Shown here: positions 18,851 to 30,463 of the stretch, piece by piece | Layout: each line of letters starts with the position of its first letter | Numbering within the stretch: position 1 is the stretch's first letter | Origin: Alphaproteobacteria bacterium | GTDB taxonomy: Bacteria > Pseudomonadota > Alphaproteobacteria > Oceanibaculales > Oceanibaculaceae | DNA length: 64,000 nt | NCBI GenBank assembly: GCA_018823745.1 | Contig: JAHJHR010000011.1 | Span: 43,802-107,801, forward strand | Direction of reading: 5' to 3' | Made by a program: the position numbers and the translations under genes | The notes under the pieces: model-generated | Databases searched by the model: none | Seen by the model: only the letters and a program-made list of their open reading frames with translations | Told to the model about the DNA's origin: nothing

Positions 18851-18861
18851 AACCCTCCACT

Positions 18862-19010
18862 CCGCCCCCCGTGTCCTTCGAGACGCCTGCGCCAAGTATC
18901 TTGGCGCAGGCTCCTCAGGACGAGGGGAGTACTGGATTACTGGCAGCACCCCTTGGTGCCCCTCATGCTGAGGAGCCTGCGTCAGCAGGCGTCTCGAAGC
19001 ATAGGGCGGC
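18862..19010 (+). repeat. ~145-bp long-hairpin element, family 2, copy 1
   Basis: Imperfect terminal inverted repeats (..CTTCGAGACGCC / GGCGTCTCGAAG..). Internal pairs are GCTCCTCAG/CTGAGGAGC. Confidence 0.85.
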
Positions 19011-19021
19011 TTGCTCGGCCC

Positions 19022-19723
19022 CTACCCCCGCAGCCACTCGCGCATCGCCATGTTCACCTCGGCGGGGCGTTCCAGGGTGGAGAGATGGCCGCATTCTTCG
19101 ATGACGACGAGGCGTGAGCCGGGGATGCCGGCGTGGATTTCCTCATGCAGGGCCGGGGATGTCAGCGCGTCCTGGCGGCCGCACAGCACAAGGGTCGGCA
19201 CCGTGATCTTCGGCAGATCGGGGCGTCCATCGGGCCGGCCCATGATCGCCTTCTGCTGCTTCAGGAAGCCATCCATGCCGACATGCTCCGCCATGGCGAT
19301 GATGGTGTCGGTCAGCTTCTTGTCTTCCAGACGCTGCGGATGGATCAGCATCGGCATCAGGCGCGGCGTCACGCCCTTGAAGCGGCCCTTCTGCGCCAGC
19401 TCGATCAGGCCCCGGCGGCGCGTCGTCTGCTCCTCGGTGTCGGCGCGCGCGCTGGTGTCCAGCAGCGCCAGCTTCAGCACCCGCTCCGGTGCCTGGCGCA
19501 GGATCTGCTGCGCGACATAGCCACCCATCGACAGGCCGGCCAGGGCGAATTGCGCCGGGGCCGTGGCCAGCACCGCGTCGGCCATGGCCGGGAAGCTGTC
19601 ATGCTGCGTCAGATCGGCGACGGTGGCATCGGCGATGCCGGACAGCGCCTCGATCTGGGGCGCCCAGAGCTTTTCGTCGCACAGCAATCCGGGCAGCAGC
19701 AGCAGCGGAATCTTGTCGGTCAT
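19022..19723 (-). CDS. alpha/beta hydrolase
   Basis: Trimmed to MTDKIPLLLLPGLLCD. GLSMGG is a nucleophile elbow. 233 aa. Confidence 0.75.
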   Translation of the reverse strand: MTDKIPLLLLPGLLCDEKLWAPQIEALSGIADATVADLTQHDSFPAMADAVLATAPAQFALAGLSMGGYVAQQILRQAPERVLKLALLDTSARADTEEQTTRRRGLIELAQKGRFKGVTPRLMPMLIHPQRLEDKKLTDTIIAMAEHVGMDGFLKQQKAIMGRPDGRPDLPKITVPTLVLCGRQDALTSPALHEEIHAGIPGSRLVVIEECGHLSTLERPAEVNMAMREWLRG

Positions 19724-20289
19724 GACGGGGATATCTCGTCTTTCAGCGATTTGATGAGCGGGATGATGTCCCTGAATTCGGCCGTGCCGGCGCGGCCCAG
19801 CCATTCAAAGGCAACCATCTCGGATGTGGCGACGACGATACAAGCCTCCCGCATCCGCGCAAGGCCAAGCGCGTAATCCTGCCCTGCACGCGACGCAACG
19901 GCATCCGCCGCGATCACCACCCGGTAGCCTGCCGCCTGCAAACCAAAGGCGGTCTGCAGCACGCAGACATGGGTCTCCGCCCCGGCGACAATTGCCGTCG
20001 GCCGGTTCAGGGCCTTTACCCGCGCCTGCATCTCCGGCTCGGCCAGGGCGTTGAAGGAAAGCTTCTCGATCACCGCCCCCGCTGGCAGCAGGCCGGCCAG
20101 AGCCGGCACCGTCCGGCCGAGGCCCTTCGGATATTGCTCTGTCGCCAGCACCGGCACGCCCAGCCGCGCCGCCGCGACCAGCAGCAAGCGGCTGGCCGCC
20201 AGCATGCGATCCGCGCCCTCAAGGGCCGGCAGAAGACGTTCCTGCGCATCCACAAGGATGAGGCAGGAATTCTCCCGATCGATCAGCAT
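19720..20289 (-). CDS. isochorismatase-family hydrolase
   Basis: CLILVDAQERL...ATEQYPKGLG...ETHVCVLQTA is the pattern of the family. ATGA overlap with the downstream gene. Confidence 0.8.
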   Translation of the reverse strand: MLIDRENSCLILVDAQERLLPALEGADRMLAASRLLLVAAARLGVPVLATEQYPKGLGRTVPALAGLLPAGAVIEKLSFNALAEPEMQARVKALNRPTAIVAGAETHVCVLQTAFGLQAAGYRVVIAADAVASRAGQDYALGLARMREACIVVATSEMVAFEWLGRAGTAEFRDIIPLIKSLKDEISPS

Positions 20290-20466
20290 TCCGGAACCTG
20301 CGGTTTCATGGTATTAAGGTGCCTCTGATTATCTATCTGAGGGCCGAGATAAAACGTCGCGTCCTATAGACAAAGATTGACAGATAGTCAGTCAACCCTA
20401 ATATCCCCAGCAAAATACGGATGAGAAAATTCATCCGGCATGTGACTTTCCATAGAATGGATTCTG

Positions 20467-22092
<1,626 letters not shown>

Positions 22093-22094
22093 CC

Positions 22095-22337
22095 ATGAAG
22101 CCGATTTTCGTCATGGTGAAATGCGAGCTGGGTCAGGCCTATAAGGTCGCCGACCAGGCCGTGCAGGGCATCGAGCAGGTCTCCGAGGTGTATTCGACCT
22201 CGGGACAATATGATCTGCTGATGAAGTGCTATCTCGAGGACGATGCCGATACCGGCCATTTCGTCACCGAGAAGCTGCAGACCCTGCCCGGCGTGAAGGA
22301 AACCTTCACCATCATCACCTTCAAGGCCTTCGGGTAA
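22095..22337 (+). CDS. stand-alone Lrp/AsnC ligand-binding (RAM) domain protein
   Basis: 80 aa. The pattern is beta-alpha-beta-beta-alpha-beta-like (VYSTSGQYDLLMKC...LPGVKETFTIITFK). It starts 2 nt after the helicase stop. Confidence 0.65.
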   Translation: MKPIFVMVKCELGQAYKVADQAVQGIEQVSEVYSTSGQYDLLMKCYLEDDADTGHFVTEKLQTLPGVKETFTIITFKAFG

Positions 22338-22348
22338 GGCATCTTTCT

Positions 22349-22493
22349 GCCGCCGTGTCCTTCGAGACGCCCCTCCAAGTACCTTGGCGGGGCTCCTCAG
22401 GACGAGGGGCATTTCTGGACATGCCGGCGGTGCCCCCTGGTGACCTCATGCTGAGGAGCCGGCGCAAGCCGGCGTCTCGAAGCATAGGGCGGC
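22349..22493 (+). repeat. ~145-bp long-hairpin element, family 2, copy 2
   Basis: Same termini and internal inverted blocks as 18862..19010. Confidence 0.85.
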
Positions 22494-22580
22494 CCCACCC
22501 ATATTGCCGTTTGGTTTCAAACCGCCCTGCGCTAGGATGCCGGCCATCTTACGACCTGCATCCGGGAGGCTTGGGGAAAC

Positions 22581-23759
22581 ATGAAACGGGCATCACTGCT
22601 GGCTGCGGCCGCATTCTTCGCATCATCGATTATGGCGTCGGCACAGGCGGCCGAACCGCTGAAGATCGGCTTCATTTCCACCCTGTCCGGGCCGGGTGCG
22701 GCCCTGGGCATCGATCTGGTGGACGGCTTCAAGCTGGGCATCGAGCATTCCGGCGGCACGCTGGGCGGGCGGGCTGTCGAGCTGATCACCGGCGACGACC
22801 AGCTGAAGCCCGATGTCGGCCGCCAGCTGGCCGAACGCATGATCCAGCGCGACAAGGTCGATCTGATCGCCGGCGTGGTGTTCTCCAACGTCATGATGGC
22901 CGTTGCCAAGCCGATCTTCGATTCCAAGACCTTCATGCTGAGCCTGAATGCCGGCCCGTCCGATCTGGCAGGCAAGCGCTGCAGCCCGTATTTCTTCAAC
23001 GTCGCCTGGCAGAACGATCAGAGCCATGAGGCGATGGGCAAGCATGTGAAGGACAAGGGCTACAAGCGCGTCTATCTCATGGCCCCGAACTACCCGGCCG
23101 GCAAGGACGCGCTGACCGGCTTCAAGCGCTATTACAGCGGCGGCGAGATCATCGGCGAGGTCTATACCGCGATCAACCAGCCCGATTACGCCGCCGAGCT
23201 GGCGCAGCTGCGCGCCGCCAAGCCGGATGCGGTCTACATCTTCTATCCCGGCGGCATGGGCGTGAACTTCATCAAGCAATATGCCCAGGCTGGGCTGAAG
23301 ACAGAGGTGCCGCTGTTCGGCCCGTCCTTCAGCTTCGACGAGACCATCCTGCCGGCCACCGGCGATGCGGCCCTGGGTGTGATGAACACCGGCTTCTGGA
23401 GCCCCGATCTGCCGAATCCGCAGAACGCCAAATTCGTGAAGGCCTTCACGGCGAAATACAGCCGTCCGCCCTCCCCCTTCGCGGCCCAGGCCTATGACGG
23501 TGCGCTGCTGCTCGATTCGGCGATCAGCGCGGTCGGTGGCAAGGTCTCGGACCAGGACCGGTTCCGCGCAGCCCTGCGCGCCGCCAAATTCGACTCGGTG
23601 CGCGGCCCCTTCGCCTTCAACAACAACCATTTTCCGATCCAGAATTTCTACCTGCGCGAAGTCATCAAGGACGACACCGGCCGCATGACCAACCGGCTGG
23701 TCGGTACCGTCTTCGCGCGGCACATGGACGCCTATCACGACCAGTGCAAGATGAAGTAA
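22581..23759 (+). CDS. ABC transporter substrate-binding protein, LivK/branched-chain amino acid type
   Basis: Signal peptide. LKIGFISTLSGPGAALG is typical of type-I periplasmic binding proteins. Confidence 0.85.
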   Translation: MKRASLLAAAAFFASSIMASAQAAEPLKIGFISTLSGPGAALGIDLVDGFKLGIEHSGGTLGGRAVELITGDDQLKPDVGRQLAERMIQRDKVDLIAGVVFSNVMMAVAKPIFDSKTFMLSLNAGPSDLAGKRCSPYFFNVAWQNDQSHEAMGKHVKDKGYKRVYLMAPNYPAGKDALTGFKRYYSGGEIIGEVYTAINQPDYAAELAQLRAAKPDAVYIFYPGGMGVNFIKQYAQAGLKTEVPLFGPSFSFDETILPATGDAALGVMNTGFWSPDLPNPQNAKFVKAFTAKYSRPPSPFAAQAYDGALLLDSAISAVGGKVSDQDRFRAALRAAKFDSVRGPFAFNNNHFPIQNFYLREVIKDDTGRMTNRLVGTVFARHMDAYHDQCKMK

Positions 23760-23842
23760 GGGTGCAGGATACTTATGCTTCGGGATGCGGCCAAACGTGA
23801 CCGCGTCCCGAAGACCCTGTCTCGCAATGAACCAATGATTCC

Positions 23843-24715
23843 ATGACCCTTCTGCTCTTCGTCGAACAGGTGCTGAACGGGCTGCAGCTTGGCGTGATGC
23901 TGTTCCTGATGGCGGCCGGTATGACGCTGGTCTTCGGCATCATGGGGCTGATCAACCTCGCCCATGGCTCGCTCTACATGATCGGCGCCTATGTCGCGGC
24001 CACGGTGCAGCAGGCCACCGGCAGCTTTCTCGTGGGCCTGCTGGTGGCGCTGCCTGTCGCCGCCCTGGTCGGCATGGCGGTGGAGATGATCGCGCTGCGC
24101 CGGCTTTACCCGCGCGACCATCTGGACCAGGTGCTGGCAACCTTCGGGCTGATCCTGTTCTTCAACGAGCTGGTGAAGATCGTCTGGGGGCCGCAGGCCT
24201 ATTTCATGGCCATGCCGGACATGCTGTCGGGCAGCGTCGACATCATTCCGGGCATCCCCTACCCGGCCTACCGCCTGGCCATTGTCGCAACCGGGCTGGC
24301 GGTGGCGATCCTGCTCTATCTGCTGATCACCCGCACCCGCATCGGCATGCTGATCCGGGCCGGGGCGACCAACCGCGAGATGGTCAATGCGCTGGGCGTG
24401 AATGTCGACCGGCTCTACACCATCGTTTTCGGGCTGGGCGCTGCGCTCGCAGCGCTGGCCGGGATCATGGCCGGGCCCATCCTGGCGCTGGAGGTCGGCA
24501 TGGGGGAGAGCATCCTGATCCTGACCTTCGTCGTCGTGGTGATCGGCGGCATCGGCTCGGTGCGCGGCGCCTTCGTCGCCGCCCTGCTGGTCGGCATCGC
24601 CGATACTTTCGGGCGCGTCCTGCTGCCGCCCGCCATCGCCGAGATGACGATCTATATCCTGATGGCGGCCATCCTGGTCTGGCGGCCGCAAGGGCTGTTT
24701 CCCGCCCATGCTTGA
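23843..24715 (+). CDS. LivH-type ABC permease
   Basis: VEQVLNGLQLGVMLFLMAAGMTLVFGIMGLINLAHG. Confidence 0.85.
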   Translation: MTLLLFVEQVLNGLQLGVMLFLMAAGMTLVFGIMGLINLAHGSLYMIGAYVAATVQQATGSFLVGLLVALPVAALVGMAVEMIALRRLYPRDHLDQVLATFGLILFFNELVKIVWGPQAYFMAMPDMLSGSVDIIPGIPYPAYRLAIVATGLAVAILLYLLITRTRIGMLIRAGATNREMVNALGVNVDRLYTIVFGLGAALAALAGIMAGPILALEVGMGESILILTFVVVVIGGIGSVRGAFVAALLVGIADTFGRVLLPPAIAEMTIYILMAAILVWRPQGLFPAHA

Positions 24716-25664
24716 TATCCTGCGCCGCATTGTGCTCTGGGGCGGCCTTGCCCTGCTCTGCCTGCTGCCAATGCTGGCCGAGGCGCTGGGCGAAGGCTTC
24801 TATATCACCATGATGAACCGCGTGCTGATCCTGGCGCTGGCGGCGATGAGCCTGAACCTGATCCTCGGCTATGGCGGGATGGTCAGCTTCGGTCATGCCG
24901 CCTATCTCGGCATCGGCGCCTATACCGTCGGCATCCTGGCCTATCATTCGGATGCCTGGTTCGGCACCGAGAGCGCCTTCATCGCCCTGCCGGCGGCGAT
25001 GCTGGTCGCGGCGATCCTAGCGCTGGCCATCGGGGCGATCTCCTTACGCACCAGCGGCGTCTATTTCATCATGATCACGCTGGCCTTTGCGCAGATGGTC
25101 TACTTCTTCTTCGTCTCGCAGCAGGAGTATGGCGGGATGGACGGGATGCAGATGTGGAGCCGCTCCGATGCCGGCCCCATCGACCTGTCGGACAATGCCA
25201 GCTTCTACTATGTCGTCCTTGGCCTGCTGCTGGTGCTGCTCTACGCGAAATACCGGCTGGTCCGGTCGCGCTTCGGGCTGGTGCTGCGCGGCATCCGGGA
25301 AAATGAGCGCCGCATGAAGGCGCTGGGCTTTCCGACCTATCGCTACAAGCTAGTGGCCTTCGTGATCTCCGGCGCGGTCGCCGGGCTGGCCGGCGCAATG
25401 ATGGCCAATCTGAGCGAATTCGTCAGCCCGTCCTTGCTGCACTGGACACGCTCGGGCGAGATGATGGTGATGGTCATCCTGGGCGGCATGGGCACGATTG
25501 CCGGCCCGATCCTGGGCGCGCTGGCCTTCCTGGTGCTGGAGGATGTGCTGTCGGAGATCACCCAGCACTGGATGATCGTGCTGGGGCCGCTGCTGATCCT
25601 GATCGTCCTGGTGGCGCGGCGTGGCCTCTATGGGCTGCTGGACCCGAAAGGCGAGCCGAAATGA
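24708..25664 (+). CDS. LivM-type ABC permease
   Basis: Multi-TM protein. LNLILGYGGMVSFGHAAYLGIGAY. Confidence 0.85.
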   Translation: MLDILRRIVLWGGLALLCLLPMLAEALGEGFYITMMNRVLILALAAMSLNLILGYGGMVSFGHAAYLGIGAYTVGILAYHSDAWFGTESAFIALPAAMLVAAILALAIGAISLRTSGVYFIMITLAFAQMVYFFFVSQQEYGGMDGMQMWSRSDAGPIDLSDNASFYYVVLGLLLVLLYAKYRLVRSRFGLVLRGIRENERRMKALGFPTYRYKLVAFVISGAVAGLAGAMMANLSEFVSPSLLHWTRSGEMMVMVILGGMGTIAGPILGALAFLVLEDVLSEITQHWMIVLGPLLILIVLVARRGLYGLLDPKGEPK

Positions 25665-26403
25665 CGCCGATCCTGTCGATATCCGGCCTCGCCAAGCGCT
25701 TCGGCGGTGTCACCGCGACCGATTCCCTCAGCCTCGATATCCTGCCCGGCGAGATCCACGCGATCATCGGCCCGAACGGGGCCGGCAAGACCACGCTGAT
25801 CGGCCAGCTTTCCGGCGAGATTGCGCCCGATGCCGGCACCATCCGCTTCAAGGATGCCGATATCACCCGCCTGCCAGTGCACCGGCGCGCGCTGAGGGGC
25901 CTCGCCCGGTCCTTCCAGATCACCAGCGTGCTGCGCGGCTTCACCGCCTGCGAGAATGTAATGCTCGCCGTGCAGGCCCATGCCGGGCACAGCTTCCGCT
26001 TCTGGCAGCCGGCCGCCACACAGGCGGCGCTGCGTGACCCGGCGCTGGCGATGCTGGCCCGCGTCGGTCTGGCAGGCCGCGCCGATGTGCCGGCCGCCGA
26101 TCTGGCCCATGGCGAGCAGCGCCAGCTGGAAATCGCCATGGCGCTGGCCGGCCGGCCCGATCTGCTGCTGCTCGATGAGCCAATGGCCGGCATGGGGCCG
26201 GAGGAATCGGCCCGCATGACCGGGTTGCTGGCCGGGCTGAAAGCCAGCCACAGCATCCTGCTGGTCGAGCATGACATGGACGCCGTGTTCCGGCTGGCTG
26301 ACCGCATCACCGTACTGGTCTATGGCCGTGCCATCGCCACCGGCACGCCCGACGCGATCCGCGCCGATGCCGCCGTGCGCCAGGCCTATCTCGGCGGGGA
26401 GGC

Positions 26404-26407
<4 letters not shown>
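25661..26407 (+). CDS. LivG-type ABC ATPase
   Basis: Walker A GPNGAGKTT, and LLLLDEPMAGM. Confidence 0.9.
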
Positions 26408-27096
<689 letters not shown>

Positions 27097-27147
27097 GGGG
27101 CGAACTAAGCGCGCGCCGTCTTCGCCACCTCCTCCATCGTCACCCTC

Positions 27148-27233
27148 GGGCTTGACCCGAGGGTCCATCCGCCCGTGCAACTCGCTCGGTCAATGGATAG
27201 TCGGGTCAAGCCCGACTATGACGAAGGAGAAAG
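27148..27233 (+). repeat. double-hairpin palindromic element, family 1, copy C (short subtype)
   Basis: ACCCTCGGG-CTTGA-CCCGAGGGT ... ATAGTCGGG-TCAAG-CCCGACTAT. Confidence 0.85.
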
Positions 27234-27239
27234 TTCGGC

Positions 27240-28124
27240 CTAAACCACCACACCCTCCGGAAGACTCAGCGCGTGGTCGGCGATGGCGCCGGCATGGGTG
27301 AGCCAGATGTCGTCACGGTGCTGGGCGATATGCGCCAGCGCCCGGCGCAGATGGCGCAGGCGATGGGGGTGACCGACCAGATAGGCATGCAGGGCGATGC
27401 CGAAGACCAGCGGCTGACCCTGCGATTGCTGCCGCATCTCGTCGAAAGCGTCGATGATCATGTCGGCAAAGGCCTCGCCCTCGATCTTGCGGGCGACGAT
27501 GGCCGGAATGTCGTTGATCTCCTGCGGGTAGGGCATCGCGAGGATTCGGCCGGCCCGCGTCTTCATCCAGATCGGCTGGTCGTCGGCGCACCAGTCCAGC
27601 ACGTAGCGATAGCCGGTTTCCTGCAACAGATCGGGCGTCACCCGGCTTTCCGATATCCACGGGCCGAGCCAGCCGGAGGGGCGCTTGCCTTCATGCCGGG
27701 CGATGATCGCCGAGGCTTCCTCGATCAGCGCGCGTTCCTCCGCCTCGGGCAGCACGCCCTGGCGCTCGGCATTGGTGCGGCCATGGCCGACCACCTCGTC
27801 GCCGCGCGCGCGGAAGGCATCCATCAGCTGCGGGCAATAGCCATAGATCTCGCTGTTCACCAGCACGCTGACCGGCAATTGCAGTGCATCGAATACCTCC
27901 AGCATGCGCCAGGCCCCGACGCGGTTGCCGTAATCGCGCCAGGCATAGTTCAGCACATCGGGCTGCGGGCCACCCGGCGCCAGTTCCGCCCCCAGCCCCT
28001 CGCCAAAGGCGAAATGCTCCAGATTCAGCGCGATATAGACTGCCAGACGCTTGCCGCCGGGCCAGTGATAGTCGGGACGGCCGATAATCGGCGTGTAGGC
28101 ATAGCGTCCATGGCTGGGAAGCAT
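27240..28124 (-). CDS. polysaccharide deacetylase family protein (PuuE-like fold)
   Basis: YHWPGGKRLAVYIALNLEHF...DYGNRVGAWRML...GHGRTN resembles NodB-homology hydrolases. Confidence 0.7.
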   Translation of the reverse strand: MLPSHGRYAYTPIIGRPDYHWPGGKRLAVYIALNLEHFAFGEGLGAELAPGGPQPDVLNYAWRDYGNRVGAWRMLEVFDALQLPVSVLVNSEIYGYCPQLMDAFRARGDEVVGHGRTNAERQGVLPEAEERALIEEASAIIARHEGKRPSGWLGPWISESRVTPDLLQETGYRYVLDWCADDQPIWMKTRAGRILAMPYPQEINDIPAIVARKIEGEAFADMIIDAFDEMRQQSQGQPLVFGIALHAYLVGHPHRLRHLRRALAHIAQHRDDIWLTHAGAIADHALSLPEGVVV

Positions 28125-28183
28125 TCAAACCTCGCTGGCTGGGTGATAAGCTGCGGCAAACCCGAAGATCAGGAGCATAGCGT

Positions 28184-29458
28184 ATGACGACTTCCTCTTC
28201 CCAGCCTACCGCGCGCCCGAATCTGGTTGGCACGCTGATCGACGAGGATCGGCTGTGGCAGCGCCATGAGGATCTGGGCGCCATCGGTGGCACCGCGAAA
28301 GGCGGCGTGAACCGTCAGGCGCTGACCGGCGAGGAAGTCGAGGCCCGCGCGCTGATCGCCAGCTGGGCGGAAGGGCTGGGCTTCAGCCTGGCCGTCGATC
28401 CCATCGGCAATATGTTCATCCGGCGCGAGGGCACCGACCCTGACGCCGCCCCCGTGGTTGCCGGATCGCATATCGACACCCAGCCGACCGGCGGCAAATA
28501 TGATGGCGCCTATGGCGTTCTGGCCGCCTTCGAGGTGCTGGAGGCGCTGGAGCGCAATGGCGTGAAAACCCGCCGCCCGCTTGAGGTCGGCATCTGGATG
28601 AATGAGGAAGGCAGCCGCTTCCAGCCGGGCTGTGTCGGCTCCGGCGTGTTCACCGGCAAGAAAGATCTGGAGCCGATGCTGGATATGCAGGATCGCGCCG
28701 GCATCTCCGTCCGCGAGGCGCTGAAGCCGGTGCTGGGCGCCACGCCGACCGCGACGCAGCGCCCGTTGAACACGCCGATCCACGCTTATCTGGAAGCGCA
28801 TATCGAGCAGGGCCCGCGCCTTGAGACCGAGGGGCTGCAGATTGGTGTCGTCACCTCGATCCAGGGCATGCGCCGTTTCGAGATCGACATCGTGGGCGAG
28901 GAAGCCCATGCCGGCACCACGCCGCGCGCCACCCGAAAGGACGCGCTGTCCGCCGCCGTCCGCATCATCACGGCGCTGGAAGAGCTGATGCACGATCCCG
29001 ACGATGTGGTGCGTTTCACGGTCGGGCGCATGGAGGTCTCCCCCGGCTCACCCAATGTGGTGCCCGGCCATGTGCATTTCAGCATCGATTTCCGTCATCC
29101 GGACATGGCGGTGCTGAAGGAGCGCGGCGACGCGGTGGAGCGGATTGCCCAGGAAAAGGGCGCGCCCTGCCCGGTCACGGTGAAGGGCTTCGGCACCAAC
29201 CCGCCGGTGCATTTCCCGCCGGAGATCGTGGATATTGTCCGGCGCGGCGCGGAGCGGCTCGACCTGCCCTCAATGGACATGCCGTCCGGTGCCGGTCACG
29301 ACGCCGGTCTCATCAGTGCCGTTGCTCCGGTCGGCATGGTGTTCGTGCCCTGCGAGAGAGGCATCAGCCATAACGAGCTGGAACGGGCCAGCGCCGCCGA
29401 CCTCGCCGCCGGCACCCGCGTGCTCGCCGAGGCCATGGTGGAACTGGCGAACCGCTGA
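28184..29458 (+). CDS. M20-family Zn hydrolase (allantoate / N-carbamoyl-amino-acid amidohydrolase type)
   Basis: VVAGSHIDTQPTGGKYDGAYGVLAAFEVLEAL and EEAHAGTTP motifs. Confidence 0.8.
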   Translation: MTTSSSQPTARPNLVGTLIDEDRLWQRHEDLGAIGGTAKGGVNRQALTGEEVEARALIASWAEGLGFSLAVDPIGNMFIRREGTDPDAAPVVAGSHIDTQPTGGKYDGAYGVLAAFEVLEALERNGVKTRRPLEVGIWMNEEGSRFQPGCVGSGVFTGKKDLEPMLDMQDRAGISVREALKPVLGATPTATQRPLNTPIHAYLEAHIEQGPRLETEGLQIGVVTSIQGMRRFEIDIVGEEAHAGTTPRATRKDALSAAVRIITALEELMHDPDDVVRFTVGRMEVSPGSPNVVPGHVHFSIDFRHPDMAVLKERGDAVERIAQEKGAPCPVTVKGFGTNPPVHFPPEIVDIVRRGAERLDLPSMDMPSGAGHDAGLISAVAPVGMVFVPCERGISHNELERASAADLAAGTRVLAEAMVELANR

Positions 29459-29487
29459 GGCCAGGCGGCGTAAAACGCTTTCCCCAC

Positions 29488-29518
29488 TGTCACCCCCGGG
29501 CTTGACCCGGGGGTGACA
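29488..29518. repeat. solo hairpin of family 1, copy D
   Basis: Perfect 13-bp stem TGTCACCCCCGGG-CTTGA-CCCGGGGGTGACA. Confidence 0.85.
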
Positions 29519-29544
29519 ATCGATAGAGAGGCGCATTTCGCCAG

Positions 29545-29973
29545 TCACTGCATCGCGCGGGGGCGGTTGGGGTCGTCATCCTCCTCGGAGGGCTTGTCCT
29601 GGGTCGGGCCGGCCTGGTGGTGGACAAGACGCCACTCGCCATCCTCCTTCACGAAGATGTTGGTGGCGATCAGATAGCCTTCCGGGAAGGCCTCGAAGCA
29701 GGTAACAAAGCCGGACTCACCATACAGGAAGGCCTTGGCGCCGCGTGGCGTGATGACCGGCGCGTTATTGCCGGACAGGATGCTGCGCCAGCTTTGCAGC
29801 ACGGACTCCCGGCCTTCCAGCAGCCCCCAGCCGGGATGGATGCAGGCCAGCGCGGCGCGCTGCGCCCAGAGAGACTGCATCGCCGCGACATCGCGATTGG
29901 CGAAGGCGGCGTAGAACGCCTCATTGGCAAAAAGCAGCGCCGTGCGGTCGTTCGGGGTTGTCTTCGGGATCAT
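29545..29973 (-). CDS. SnoaL/NTF2-like (DUF4440-type) protein
   Basis: Trimmed to MIPKTTPNDR (an alternative start lies 12 codons upstream). ANEAFYAAFANRDVAAMQSLWA is typical. Confidence 0.65.
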   Translation of the reverse strand: MIPKTTPNDRTALLFANEAFYAAFANRDVAAMQSLWAQRAALACIHPGWGLLEGRESVLQSWRSILSGNNAPVITPRGAKAFLYGESGFVTCFEAFPEGYLIATNIFVKEDGEWRLVHHQAGPTQDKPSEEDDDPNRPRAMQ

Positions 29974-30009
29974 GCCTACGACGATAGCAGCGTTGCGCGG
30001 CAACGCCAT

Positions 30010-30390
30010 ATGGTGTTTCAACCTTTGATGACCGATTTGCCCCCGCCACTCACCGCGACATTGCGATCCCTGCTGGTCGATCTGGCCCGCGAAGGGCGGA
30101 CGATCAGCTATCTCGATCTCGCTCTGGCAGCCGATATGACGCCGCCGCAGGTCATCCACCGCGTGACCGAGGCGCTGGAAATCCTGATCCGCGAGGATCA
30201 TGCCTCTGGCCGCCCGCTTCTGGCTGCCCTGGCCACGCGTAAGGCCGGCGACCAGCCAGGGCGCGGCTTCTTCCTGCTGCTGGGCGAGCTGGGGCTGTAT
30301 GACGGCCCCCCCGAAGGCCCGGCCGCGGCTGAATGCCATGCCCGGCTGCTCGGCTCGGCCATTGAATATTGGAGTATGGCGAACAGATGA
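30010..30390 (+). CDS. hypothetical protein upstream of soxB
   Basis: High GC3 in frame. The start is ATG at 30010 or ATG at 30028. I recognised no family. Confidence 0.5.
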   Translation: MVFQPLMTDLPPPLTATLRSLLVDLAREGRTISYLDLALAADMTPPQVIHRVTEALEILIREDHASGRPLLAALATRKAGDQPGRGFFLLLGELGLYDGPPEGPAAAECHARLLGSAIEYWSMANR

Positions 30391-30463
30391 GTGCCATGCG
30401 GCACCCGGCGGTGGACTCGGCGGGACTTACCGGTATCCTCCGGGAAAAATAAGGAGCAGACCC

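Noticed and set aside
15995-18949. A 984-aa minus-strand ORF that looks like a giant protein.
   Set aside because: Only its C-terminal 420 aa (15995..17257) has amidase motifs. The upstream 560 aa is the antisense frame of the well-supported D-aminoacylase gene (17372..18850) plus the family-2 repeat. It stays open only because of high GC.
30200-30463. N-terminal extensions of soxB (track start 30200), soxA (track start 31839), soxD, phnJ, phnM, GH3 and others.
   Set aside because: The extensions overlap the preceding well-supported genes in another frame. Internal starts give canonical lengths and N-termini, often with a Shine-Dalgarno sequence or stop/start overlap.
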